Source of the DNA: an uncultured Actinomycetes bacterium
GTDB lineage: Bacteria > Actinomycetota > UBA4738 > HRBIN12
DNA: 64,000 nt
Assembly: GCA_963704885.1 (NCBI GenBank)
Contig: CAVPIB010000001.1
Span: 32,001 to 96,000, forward strand
Direction of reading: 5' to 3'
Part shown: positions 1 through 9,752 of the stretch, piece by piece
How the letters are laid out: every line of letters begins with the position of its first letter
Position numbering within the stretch: position 1 is the stretch's first letter
Notes under the pieces: generated by a model
Told to the model about the DNA's origin: nothing
Seen by the model: only the letters and a program-made list of their open reading frames with translations
The model's database searches: none
Made by a program: the position numbers and the translations under genes

Positions 1-1117
1 GACCTGCTGGCGGGTGTGGCGATCGGTCTGTTGTTCTGGCCGCTTCGCAAGCTCGCGGTCAGGGTCGCCGATCGTCTCGTCTACGGGGGGCGAGCCACGC
101 CCTACGAGGTTCTGACCTCGTTCGCAGGACGGGTCGGGGAGACATATTCGACCGACGACATCTTGCCCCGGATGGCGCAGGTGCTGGCGAAGGGAGTCGG
201 GGCACAAGGGGCGACGGTGTGGCTCCGGGTCGGGAACGAGCTCCGCCCCGCCATGACCTGGCCGGTCGGCGCGCCGGATCCGGCTCCGGTGAGGCTGACC
301 GCAGACGCTTTGCCAGCGATCTCCGATCAGCACGCGTCCGAGGTGCGAGATCAGGGCGAGCTCTTGGGCGCGCTCTCCGTGGCCATGTCCGCCTCGGATC
401 CGATGACGCCCGGGAAGGAAAGGCTGGTCCGCGACCTAGCGTCACAAGCCGGACTGGTCCTCCGAAACGTACGCCTGATAGAGGAGCTCCGGGCGTCGCG
501 ACAACGACTGGTCACCGCGCAGGACGAGGAGCGGCGCAAGCTCGAGCGCAACATCCACGACGGAGCGCAGCAGCAGCTGGTCGCGCTCGCGGTCAAGCTC
601 CGGTTAGCGGACACGTTGATGGAACGCGACCCGACGAAGGCCCACGAGCTGATGACGCAGCTGCAAGCAGAGACCGCACGATGCGTTGGAGGATCTGCGC
701 GACCTCGCACGTGGGATCTATCCGCCGCTGCTCGCGGACAAGGGATTGCCTGCCGCACTCGAGGCCCAGGCCAGGAAGGCGGCCGTGCCGACAACGGTGG
801 TCGCCGACGGCGTGACTCGGCACTCGCAGGACGTGGAGGCCGCGGTCTACTTCTCCTGTCTGGAGGCGATGAGCAACGTCGCGAAGTACGCCTACGCGGC
901 CAGCGCATCCATCGAACTGACCCAAGCCAACGGCCACCTCACATTCGTGGTCAAGGACGACGGGCGGGGGTTCGATACGCAGGCCAACGGCTACGGAACG
1001 GGGCTGCAGGGGATCGCGGATCGGCTCGATGCGATCGGCGGAACGCTGTCGGTAGCCAGCCGAACGGGAGCTGGGACGACGATCACCGGCACGGTGCCGG
1101 AGGCGGTGGAACGATGA
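1..1117 (+). CDS. GAF-domain HisKA_3 (NarX/DesK-type) sensor histidine kinase, 5'-truncated by the window; frameshift near 677
   Basis: H-box EERRKLERNIHDGAQQQL in the 16.. frame. It continues in the 686..1117 frame with LRDLARGIYPP, EAMSNVAKYA (N box), DDGRGF (G1) and GTGLQGIADR (G2). Confidence 0.9.
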
Positions 1118-3200
1118 AAGGGAGTCGCTGGACCCGTTGGCTGGCGCTTGGGATCTGGCTCGTCACGCTCCTCCTGTTGTTGCTCGCCGTCATCCTGTCG
1201 ATCGGCGACCCGGCGAACGAGGTGAAGGACCTGCCGTTCGCCCTCGGCTTGGGGGTCGGCATGCTGGCCTTCGGCACGATCGGCGCGGTCCTCGCGACCC
1301 AGGCACCGAGGAACCCGATCGGATGGCTCTACGGGCTCGCCGCGTTCGGCGTGGTCCTCAGCGTGAGCGCGGAGCAGTACGCGATCCGAGGGCTCGAGGA
1401 CCTGACCAACCTGCCGGCCGTTCCGTACGTCTATTGGTTGAACCAGGTCATCACCCCGATCGCGATGTCGCTCATCCCGATCGCGCTCGTTCTCTTCCCC
1501 GACGGCCACCTCCTCTCTCGGCGCTGGCGTCCGATCCTGTGGTCCCTGTTCGCCGCGGCGGTGCTGGGATCGTTCGCGTCGGCGTTCTTCGAAGACATGT
1601 TTCAGGTCGGCGAGTCCGCGTACGTGAGGAACCCGTTCAGCATCGGATCCGGAGCTGGCGATCGTCTCTGGCCACTGCTGATCGGCCTGCTGCTGGTGGG
1701 GATCGTGGGATCGCTCTCGTCGGTGATGATCCGATACCGCAGGTCCGAGGCAGAGCAGCGCCAGCAGCTCCGTTGGCTGGCCGCCGCCGTGCTGGTCATC
1801 GGCGTCGCGGGTGTCGTTGCGCTCGCGATCGGCTTCCTGCCGCCAACCGATGTGACCGGGATCCTGAGCGCCGTCGCAGGCTATGTCATGTTGGCCGCCG
1901 CAACGATCGGACTCCCCGCCGCGACCGCGGTCGCGATCCTGCGGTACCACCTCTACGACCTCGACCTGGTCGTGAAGAAGACGGTCGTGTTCACGATCGT
2001 GGCGGTATTCCTCACTGGCCTCTACATAGCGGCTCTGGCGTTCGCGGCTTTGTCCGGGGTCGGGGCGATGGCGGGAGCGCTCGTCTTCGTCTTTACGTTC
2101 AACTTGGTCCGGCGACGAGCTCGGAAGGTGGCCGACCGGATCGTCTATGGCGAGCGCGCCACACCGTTCGAGGTGATGAGCGACTTCTCCGAGCGGGTGG
2201 GCGAGACGTACTCGATCGACGACGTCCTGCCCCGCATGACCGAGCTGCTGACCGGGAGCACTGGGGCGACGGAAGCCCGCGTCTGGCTGCGATCCGGCTC
2301 CCGTTTCAGCCCGGTCGCCGCGTCGCCGTCGGATGCTCCCGTCGTGGCGGACGCGGCGCTCGGGCAAGGCGACCAGCTCCCGTCCTTCGGGGACGGACTC
2401 ACCTCGTTCGCCGTAACGCATCAAGGCGAGTTGCTCGGGACGATCACGCTGCGGATGCCACCGAACGACCCGATGGACCCGGCGAAGGCACGTCTGGTAT
2501 CCGGCCTAGCCTCGCAGGCTGGGCTCGCGCTCCGAAACGTGGCGCTCGTCCAGGATCTCCGCGAGTCTCGCCGTCGCATCGTTGCGGCGCAGGACGAACG
2601 GGCGAAGACCTTGGAGCGCAATATCCACGACGGCGCTCAGCAACAGCTCGTCGCGCTCTCGGTCAAGCTCCGCCTGGCCCAGCAGCTCGTCGAGCGCGAC
2701 CCGAAGAAGGCTGGAGTCGATCCTGGGCGAGCTTCAGGGTGACGCCACGGATGCTCTGGACAACCTCCGCGATCTGGCCAGGGGTATCTACCCCCCGCTC
2801 CTGGCCGACAAGGGGCTCCCAGCCGCGCTCTCCGCGCAGGCTCGGAAATCCGACCACACCGATAGCTGTGGAGCCGGACTGGGATCGGAAGGTACGCGCC
2901 CGAGGTTGAGACGACCGTCTACTTCTGCTGCCTCGAAGCCATGCAGAACATCGCGAAGTACGCGCGAGCCTCAGCGCGCCACGATCCGGCTCGACCAGCG
3001 CGATGGCGTCCTCGTGATTCGAGGTGACGGACGACGGGGTCGGCTTCGATGTGGAGGGCACCCCCCGCGGAAGCGGCCTGCAGGGCATGGCCGACCGCCT
3101 GGACGCCGTCGGCGGCACCCTCGAGATCGCGAGCGAGCCGGGATCTGGGACCACGGTACTGGGGCACATCCCGGCGACCGCGGACCAAGGACCGACGTAG
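1114..3200 (+). CDS. Membrane-bound GAF/HisKA_3 sensor histidine kinase (paralog of the upstream gene); several frameshifts between 2720 and 3020
   Basis: ATG at 1114 overlaps the upstream TGA (ATGA). Multi-TM N-terminus, LERNIHDGAQQQL, EAMQNIAKYA, DDGVGF and GSGLQGMADRLDAVGG; TAG at 3198-3200. Confidence 0.88.
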
Positions 3201-3286
3201 GCGGCGAACGGACTCCCCAGCCCGTCCGATGTTTGGCGCCATCCGGGATGCTAGGTTGCTTCCACTTGAGCAGAGGGGGTTCCAGC

Positions 3287-6065
3287 ATGCAGCGTGCTAC
3301 CCGACGCGGACGAGATGGTCGTCGCGCGTTCGTGGCAGGAGCGACGACGGTCATGACGCTCGTCGCGGTCCTGGCTTTCACCGTTCCGGCCCGGTCGGCC
3401 GATCGTCACGTCCGGCGCCAGGCGCAGACCGCGCACAGGCACGGGACGTTCGACATCCGTTCGCGAGGCACGGCCGCCAGGCCGAGCTCACGCGCCGTCA
3501 AGGCGCGGACCGCGCTAGCACGGCGCTTAGGTTCCCAGTCGCTGATCGTCTCCGACGACGTCACCGGCACGCTCCGGATGGTGGGCCGTCTCGACGGTTA
3601 CCTGACGGGACCCAGTTCGCGACGTGCGAGTGACGTGGCGATGGGATTCGTCCGTTCGAACCTGCGCGCGTTCGGGCTCTCCGAAGCCGACCTCCGAACC
3701 TTCCACCTCCGGCAGGACTACGTGGACATCGCCGGGACCCATCACATCTCGTGGACCCAGTCCTGGCGCGGGATCAAGGTCTTCCACAACGGACTCCGCG
3801 CAGCCGTAACCAAGCACGGACGTTTGGTCAACGTGACCGGCTCGCCGGTCCACGGACTGCGGGCCTCCACCATCCGACCCCAGGTCTCCTCGGCTGCGGC
3901 GATCGCCGCCGCACGGGCAGACGGCGGTGCTCGGGTGCGCGCGGCGCAGAAGGGTGACTCGGCCGCGCTCACGCTGTTCCCGACCGGACGCGGCGCGCGC
4001 CTGGCGTGGCGCACCCTAACTTGGCCCAACACGCAGAGGCTGAACCTGTCGGTAGTGGACGCCCTGAGCGGCGAGGTCCTTTACCGCCAGAGCCTCACGA
4101 GCGATGCCACCGGCACCGCTACCGCCTGGGAGTTCTACCCGAGCACGCTGGCCCCGGGCGGCGACGTGGCCAACCCGGTCTCGTTCCCCGTGGATGATGG
4201 CACCCGTCTCTTCGGCGACAACGCATGGGTGTTCGCCGATGTGAACGACAACAACGAGCCCGACTCCGGCGAGGAGATCGCGGCGATCTCGGGTACCGAC
4301 TGGTCGATCCCGGCCGTTCTGGACTCCACCACCGCGTCGCAGAACTGCTCGACCGCCCGTCCCTGCACCTGGAGCTCCAGTACACCGTTCAGCTGGCAGA
4401 CCAACATGGCGCAGAACGCGGCGCAGGTCATGTACTTCCTCAACCGGTTCCACGACCACCTGGAGAGCTCGCCATACGGTTTCACGGCGGCGGCCGGCAA
4501 CTTCGAGCTGGCGGACGGTGACCCCGTGGTCGCCAACACCGATGACGGAGCCAACACCGACGGCGGGCTCCCGGACGACTTCCACGTCAACAACGCCAAC
4601 ATGAGCACGCCGCCGGACGGCTTCTACCCGACCATGCAGATGTACCTGTTCGCGGCCGAGAGCGGGTTCCCACTGCCGAGCGTGAACGGAGGCGACGACG
4701 CCGAGGTCGTCTACCACGAGTACACCCACGGCGTGTCCAACCGCCTGGTGCTGTTCCCCGACGGCAACTCGGGCCTGACGACCCAGCAGGCGAACTCGAT
4801 GGGAGAGGGTTGGAGCGACTGGTACGCCGAGGACTTCTTGAACAACCTGGGGATCAAGCCGGACACGGCAACGATCGGTGACGTGATCATGGGTCAGATC
4901 ACGTTCGCGGGTCTCTTGCGGTCACAACCCGTCGACTGTCCGGTCAGCGGTGCCCCGCCCAGCACGTGCCCGGGCGGGGCCAGCACCGGTTCCGGGGGCT
5001 ACACCTACGGCGACTTCGGCGGGGTCGCCGGGTTCCCCGAGGTCCACGCCGACGGCGAGATCTGGCTGGAGACCCTCTGGCAGATCCGGCAGACGCTCGG
5101 GGCCTCCACCACGGAGAGCCTGGTCACGAGGGGCATGGAACTTTCGCCGCCCGGGCCGTCCATGCTGGATATGCGCAACGCGATCCTGCAGGCGGACCTG
5201 GTGAACAACGCAGGAACGAACCAGACCGCGCTCTGGACCGTCTTCGCCGACCGCGGCATGGGGTTCTTCGCGTCCAGCACGAGCGACGGTATCGCCCCGA
5301 TCGAGGACTTCTCCACCCCGGTCGATTGCGGCAGCTCGCCTTGCGGGACGATCAGCGGCAAGATCACCGACAAGTCCTCGGGCAAGGGTCTGTCCGGCGT
5401 GGCCGTTGGCGTCGCGGGTCTGAACTCGGGCTTCGGGTGGGACCTGGCCGCCACGACCGGCTCCAACGGGAGCTTCACGATAGCCGACGTGCCGTTCCAC
5501 ACGTACCCGCTCCTGCAGGTGACCCGGAAGGCATACGAGTCGATCAACCTGAAGAACGTCGTCGTGGACGGCGACGAGACCGTGAACGGCAAGCTGGTCC
5601 GGGACTGGGCCGCGCTCGAGGGCGGGGCCAAGCTCAAGAAGTTCAGCCCACCCGACTACACCGACTTACGGATGTGGTCCCGGGAGTGCCTTCGATCTGT
5701 CGCTCGGCGCCGGCTGGGGATCCGACGCGGTCGGCAGCGACGTCGGCAGCAACTACACGGGTCCTCGCAAGGTGACGGTGAAGCTTGCCAAGGTCATCCG
5801 CGTCACGAGCTTCGCCGTGGCGTCGAACGGCACGTGCGGTGACGGTCCCGAAGCCGGCGTCAAGAAGTTCCGGATCGAGACCAAGGGCAAGCGCGGCGGC
5901 TGGGTGACCGCGCTCACTGGCAAGGTAGACAACAACGCCAAGTTCAAGGTCTTCAAGCCGAAGGCAGGGACGAAGAACGTGCTCTTCGTGCGGTTCACCA
6001 TGTTGTCGAACCACGGCGATCCGCTGTTCATGGACATGCTGGAGCTGTCGGTCAGAGGCAAGTAG
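3287..6065 (+). CDS. Secreted M36 (fungalysin-type) metallopeptidase with propeptide and C-terminal beta-sandwich domains; frameshift(s) near 5665-5690
   Basis: HEYTH followed by SMGEGWSD, NNANMSTPPDG, EVHADGEIW and DMRNAILQAD. The N-terminus has a GRRAFV twin-arginine-like signal. The C-terminus continues in ORF 5772..6065. Confidence 0.88.
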
Positions 6066-6080
6066 TCTGACGCGGACTAG
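6063..6080. repeat. 18-bp CTAG-ended mini-hairpin TAGTCTGACGCGGACTAG (copy A)
   Basis: 16/18 identical to the reverse complement of 23257-23274. Both copies lie at convergent gene ends. Confidence 0.5.
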
Positions 6081-6113
6081 TCCAGAGGAAGCCTGCTCGA
6101 CCGGTGCCGCCGT

Positions 6114-6488
6114 TCAGGCGGCGCCGGTCGCGTCGGCCCAGGCCGACTCCAGCCGGTCTGGGCCGAAGACAGCCTTGGGGATGTAGGCGGCGGCGCCGCA
6201 TTCGGCGGCACGCGGCGCGTACTCCTCCTCCTCGTACGTCGACAGCAACAGGACCACTACTGCGTCCGAGTCCGAGAGGATCTGCCTGGTGGCGTCCAGC
6301 CCGTTGATGCCCGGTAGGTTCACGTCCATCAGCACGAGGTCCGGGCGGAGGGCGGCAGCCATGGTCACGGAGTCCTCGCCGCTTTCGGCCTCGCCCACGA
6401 CCTCGAAGCCGTCCGTGGCATCGACCACCATGCGGGCGGCCATCCGGAACGGCGCCTGATCATCGACGATCAACACTCGAACGCTCAT
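6114..6488 (-). CDS. Single-domain (receiver-only) response regulator, NarL-like receiver
   Basis: VLIVDDQ, PDLVLMDVNLPGING, LLST and YIPK; no output domain. Confidence 0.9.
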   Translation of the reverse strand: MSVRVLIVDDQAPFRMAARMVVDATDGFEVVGEAESGEDSVTMAAALRPDLVLMDVNLPGINGLDATRQILSDSDAVVVLLLSTYEEEEYAPRAAECGAAAYIPKAVFGPDRLESAWADATGAA

Positions 6489-6536
6489 GGGCTGCTCCTC
6501 CATCAACAAGCGTCCCACCGGTCATGCACCGATGCC

Positions 6537-6554
6537 AGTGGTGCCAGCACCACT
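6537..6554. promoter_or_regulatory. Palindrome AGTGGTGC-CA-GCACCACT upstream of the response regulator; putative regulator binding site
   Basis: Perfect 8-bp inverted repeat about 50 bp upstream of ATG 6488; function inferred. Confidence 0.45.
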
Positions 6555-6571
6555 CTTGGCGTGGGCCGCGG

Positions 6572-7685
6572 CTACGCCGCGAGCTCACCCAGACGGAGGA
6601 ACGCACGTTCCAGCACCAGCCGGACATTCAGGTTGAGATCCTCCGCCAGCTCGGCGCGGGCCTCTTCGATCCCTGCCAGGCCACGCGCGGAGCGGACCAC
6701 GCTCAAGCGGCCGTCCGGGACCACGTCGGGGTTCATCATCAGATCCGCATCCCCGCCGACCGCCGCGGCGATCCGATCGCGCAGGAGCGAGGAAACACCC
6801 AGTAGCACCCAGTCCACGTAGTCGCGTTCGGCCCGGCGTTCGCGGCGCTGGAAACGGATCTCGATCCGTTTGATCGCACCGCGGTACGCGTCCTCGGGCC
6901 GCCCCTTCTCATCCAGGAACGGGCCGAGCTCGGCCTCCAGCTCGGCCTTCAGCCCCTTGCGGTACTCGGCGGCGGCGGCGAGCACGACATCGGCGGCTCC
7001 CAGCGCCCCCACGGGGCCTTCGGCCGCGAGCTCAACGGCACGGTCCGCCGCCTCGCGGAAGCGCAGGCCGTCGGGGGCTGTGGCCAGCCGGCGGGCCCGG
7101 CCCAGGTTCCCACCCGACAGTCGCGCGGCAAGACGTGCACGCGTCGAGATCGACCCCCTCGTCGATGAGCACGTCCACCACGAAGCTCTCCGACAGGGCC
7201 GTGAACGTGACGACGTGACAGCGGGAGAGGACGGTGTCGGGCAGTTCGTGCGCGCGCGCGGACATCAGCAGCAGGACGGCGTCGGCGGGCGGCTCCTCCA
7301 GGACCTTGAGCAGCGTGTCGGCCGCCGCCGGCGAGAGCCGATCCGCCTCGCGGATCACGAACACCTTGCGGCCAGGCTCGGGCGCCGTTCGGAACGCGGG
7401 CGTCCAGACCTCCTCTCGCACGGTGTCCACGTGGATGTCGCGACCCTCGGGCTCCACCAGGAACTCGTTCGGGTGGTGGTCCTCGAGCGCCAGTCGACAT
7501 GCGCGGCATGCGCCGCAACCGCCCTGCGAACAAAGGAGCGCGGCGGTGAACGCGCGCGCGGCGATGGACTTGCCCGATCCCTCGGGGCCGGCGAAGACGT
7601 ACGCGTGATGGGGGCGTTCAGCAGCTCCGGACAGGAACGCCATAGCGGCGTCCTGTCCCGGGACCCGATCGAGGACCGCGCTCAT
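6572..7685 (-). CDS. holB: DNA polymerase III subunit delta'; frameshift near 7130
   Basis: HAYVFAGPEGSGKS, CGACRAC zinc motif, LLKVLEEPP and VLSRC. C-terminal half is in ORF 6572..7012; sits next to tmk. Confidence 0.92.
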
Positions 7686-7694
7686 GCCGGGATG

Positions 7695-9746
7695 CTAACC
7701 GGGTGGACCGACGGGGTCGGCGGATCCGGATCCGGGCGGTGGCGCGACGCCGCCGTTGTCGTCGCGATCTCTGAGCACACGGTGCAGCGCGTCCTTCACA
7801 CCCTCGAACACCTCTGCGGGCGGGTGGTCGGCGTCGACCACGACGAACCGCTCCGGGTGCTCCTCGGCGATCTTCAGGTACGCGTCGGACACCTTGGCGT
7901 GGAAGTCCTGGCCTTCCAGCTCCATGCGGTCGGGGCTCTCGGTCGATCGGAGCAGCCCTAGTTCGGGCTCCAGGTGCAGCAGGATCACAAGGTCCGGGAA
8001 GAGTCCCTGCGTGGCCCAGACGTTCAACGTCAACACATCCTGTTCGCCGAGGCCACGCCCCCAGCCCTGGTAGGCGAGCGACGAATCGACGTAGCGATCG
8101 CAGATCACGATCTTGCCGTCGGCCAGCGCCGGACGGATAACCGAGGTCACCGTTTGCGCGCGCGAGGCGGCGAACAGCAGCGCCTCGGCCCGGGCATCCA
8201 GCGTGCCCGTGCTCGGATCCAGCAGGACCTCGCGGACGCGTTCACCCAGCTCGGTCCCACCGGGCTCTCGCGTGACGAGCACATCCAACCCGAGGGAACG
8301 CAGGTGCTCCTCGGCCAGGCGGATCTGCGTTCCCTTTCCTGCACCTTCCACGCCCTCGAAGGCGATGAACAACCCCGTCGCGGGCGGGCGCTTCAGCTTC
8401 GGCACGAGCGTGAGGGGTTGGGGGCGGGAGAGGCGATACCTGCGCAGGAGCCGGCGCGTGTTGAGACCGGCCGCGAGCACCAGGAGCCCAGCGGTCCACA
8501 GCGCCACCCGCGTTCCGGAGAGCACGAACCCTTCGTCGCCGGGATGGATAGCTTTGTCATAGACGGACGACAGGATAGGGAAGATGGTGAGGGACAAGAA
8601 GAGCCCGAGCCGAGACATCACGGTGAGCGAGGCGAACGTCCGACCTCGGTACTCATCCTCGACGTTCTCCTGCAGGAGCGTGTAGCCGCTCACCCACGCC
8701 AGTCCACAGAACAGCCCGAGCCACACGGTCACCACGGACGCGAGCGAGAACGTGGGCATGGCGGCGAGCACGAAGAGCGCCACCGCCGCCGAGAGCAGCG
8801 ACCGGGTGAACACCAGGTCGCGCTCGACGAACTTCGTGACCTGGTTGGAGCCGGCCATACCGATCGCCATCCCTATCCCGAACGCGACGACCATGACGCC
8901 CCATCCCTCGGCGCTCGCGTGCAGCGTCGTGTTCACGAAGATGGGTCCGAGCGCCAGCACCGCTCCAACCGCCCCGAACGCGATCACGATGCCCGCGGTC
9001 ATGGCCGAGGCGATGGAGTCCTCGCGGAGGAAGCGGAGCCCGTCCAGGACGTCGCGCCAGATGCGGGACAGGTCGAAGCGCTCGAGCCCTCGCGAGGCGG
9101 GTGCCCTGAGCGGCACACCGCTCACCATGATGGCCGAGAACGCGAACGTGCACGCGTCCAGCAGGAGCGCCAGCGTTTCGGGCCGCGCGAGGCCGATCGC
9201 CGAGCTGATCAGGGCCAGCACGGCGAAGACGGCACCCCCGAGCGGGAGCGTCGCGTACGTGCTGACCAGCCCGATCGAGTTGGCGTTCGCGAGCTGTCGC
9301 CGCGGCACCAGGTTGGGAAGCGACGCGTCGCGGGCGGGCGTCCACAGGAGCGAGAAGCACTCGATCACGAACGACAGCAGGAGGATGATCCCGAGGCTGT
9401 GGACGAACGCCATCGTGCCGTACAGCGCCCCGCGCACGACGTCGGCCGCGATCATGATCTGCTTGCGGTCGAACCGGTCGACGAGCGCGCCGGCGAACGG
9501 GCCGAACAGGATCGCCGGCAGCATCCTCGCGGTCATCACGCCTCCGACGGCGAGGCCGGCGGTGGCGGCGGTCCCGGACAAGGTCGCGGCCAGCGAGGTC
9601 ACGGCCACGAAGCCGACCCAGTCGCCGAGCGACGACACGGTCATCGCCGCGAGCAGCCGGGTGAACCCCGGGTTGGTCAACAGGTCCTTGAGGGTGGCTG
9701 AACGGGTTCCGCGGAGCGCCGCGACCTCTTCGGCGATGCTCGCCAC
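7695..9746 (-). CDS. tmk: MFS transporter fused to thymidylate kinase
   Basis: 12-TM MFS N-terminus (AGALVDRFDRK), then FIAFEGVEGAGKGTQ, TREPGGT and CDRYVDSSLAYQG. Confidence 0.93.
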   Translation of the reverse strand: MASIAEEVAALRGTRSATLKDLLTNPGFTRLLAAMTVSSLGDWVGFVAVTSLAATLSGTAATAGLAVGGVMTARMLPAILFGPFAGALVDRFDRKQIMIAADVVRGALYGTMAFVHSLGIILLLSFVIECFSLLWTPARDASLPNLVPRRQLANANSIGLVSTYATLPLGGAVFAVLALISSAIGLARPETLALLLDACTFAFSAIMVSGVPLRAPASRGLERFDLSRIWRDVLDGLRFLREDSIASAMTAGIVIAFGAVGAVLALGPIFVNTTLHASAEGWGVMVVAFGIGMAIGMAGSNQVTKFVERDLVFTRSLLSAAVALFVLAAMPTFSLASVVTVWLGLFCGLAWVSGYTLLQENVEDEYRGRTFASLTVMSRLGLFLSLTIFPILSSVYDKAIHPGDEGFVLSGTRVALWTAGLLVLAAGLNTRRLLRRYRLSRPQPLTLVPKLKRPPATGLFIAFEGVEGAGKGTQIRLAEEHLRSLGLDVLVTREPGGTELGERVREVLLDPSTGTLDARAEALLFAASRAQTVTSVIRPALADGKIVICDRYVDSSLAYQGWGRGLGEQDVLTLNVWATQGLFPDLVILLHLEPELGLLRSTESPDRMELEGQDFHAKVSDAYLKIAEEHPERFVVVDADHPPAEVFEGVKDALHRVLRDRDDNGGVAPPPGSGSADPVGPPG

Positions 9747-9752
9747 GGAGCT

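Noticed and set aside
16-2742. 908-aa double histidine kinase fusion
   Set aside because: Artefact of a frameshift near 677. The true HK1 C-terminus is in frame 686..1117 and HK2 starts at 1114.
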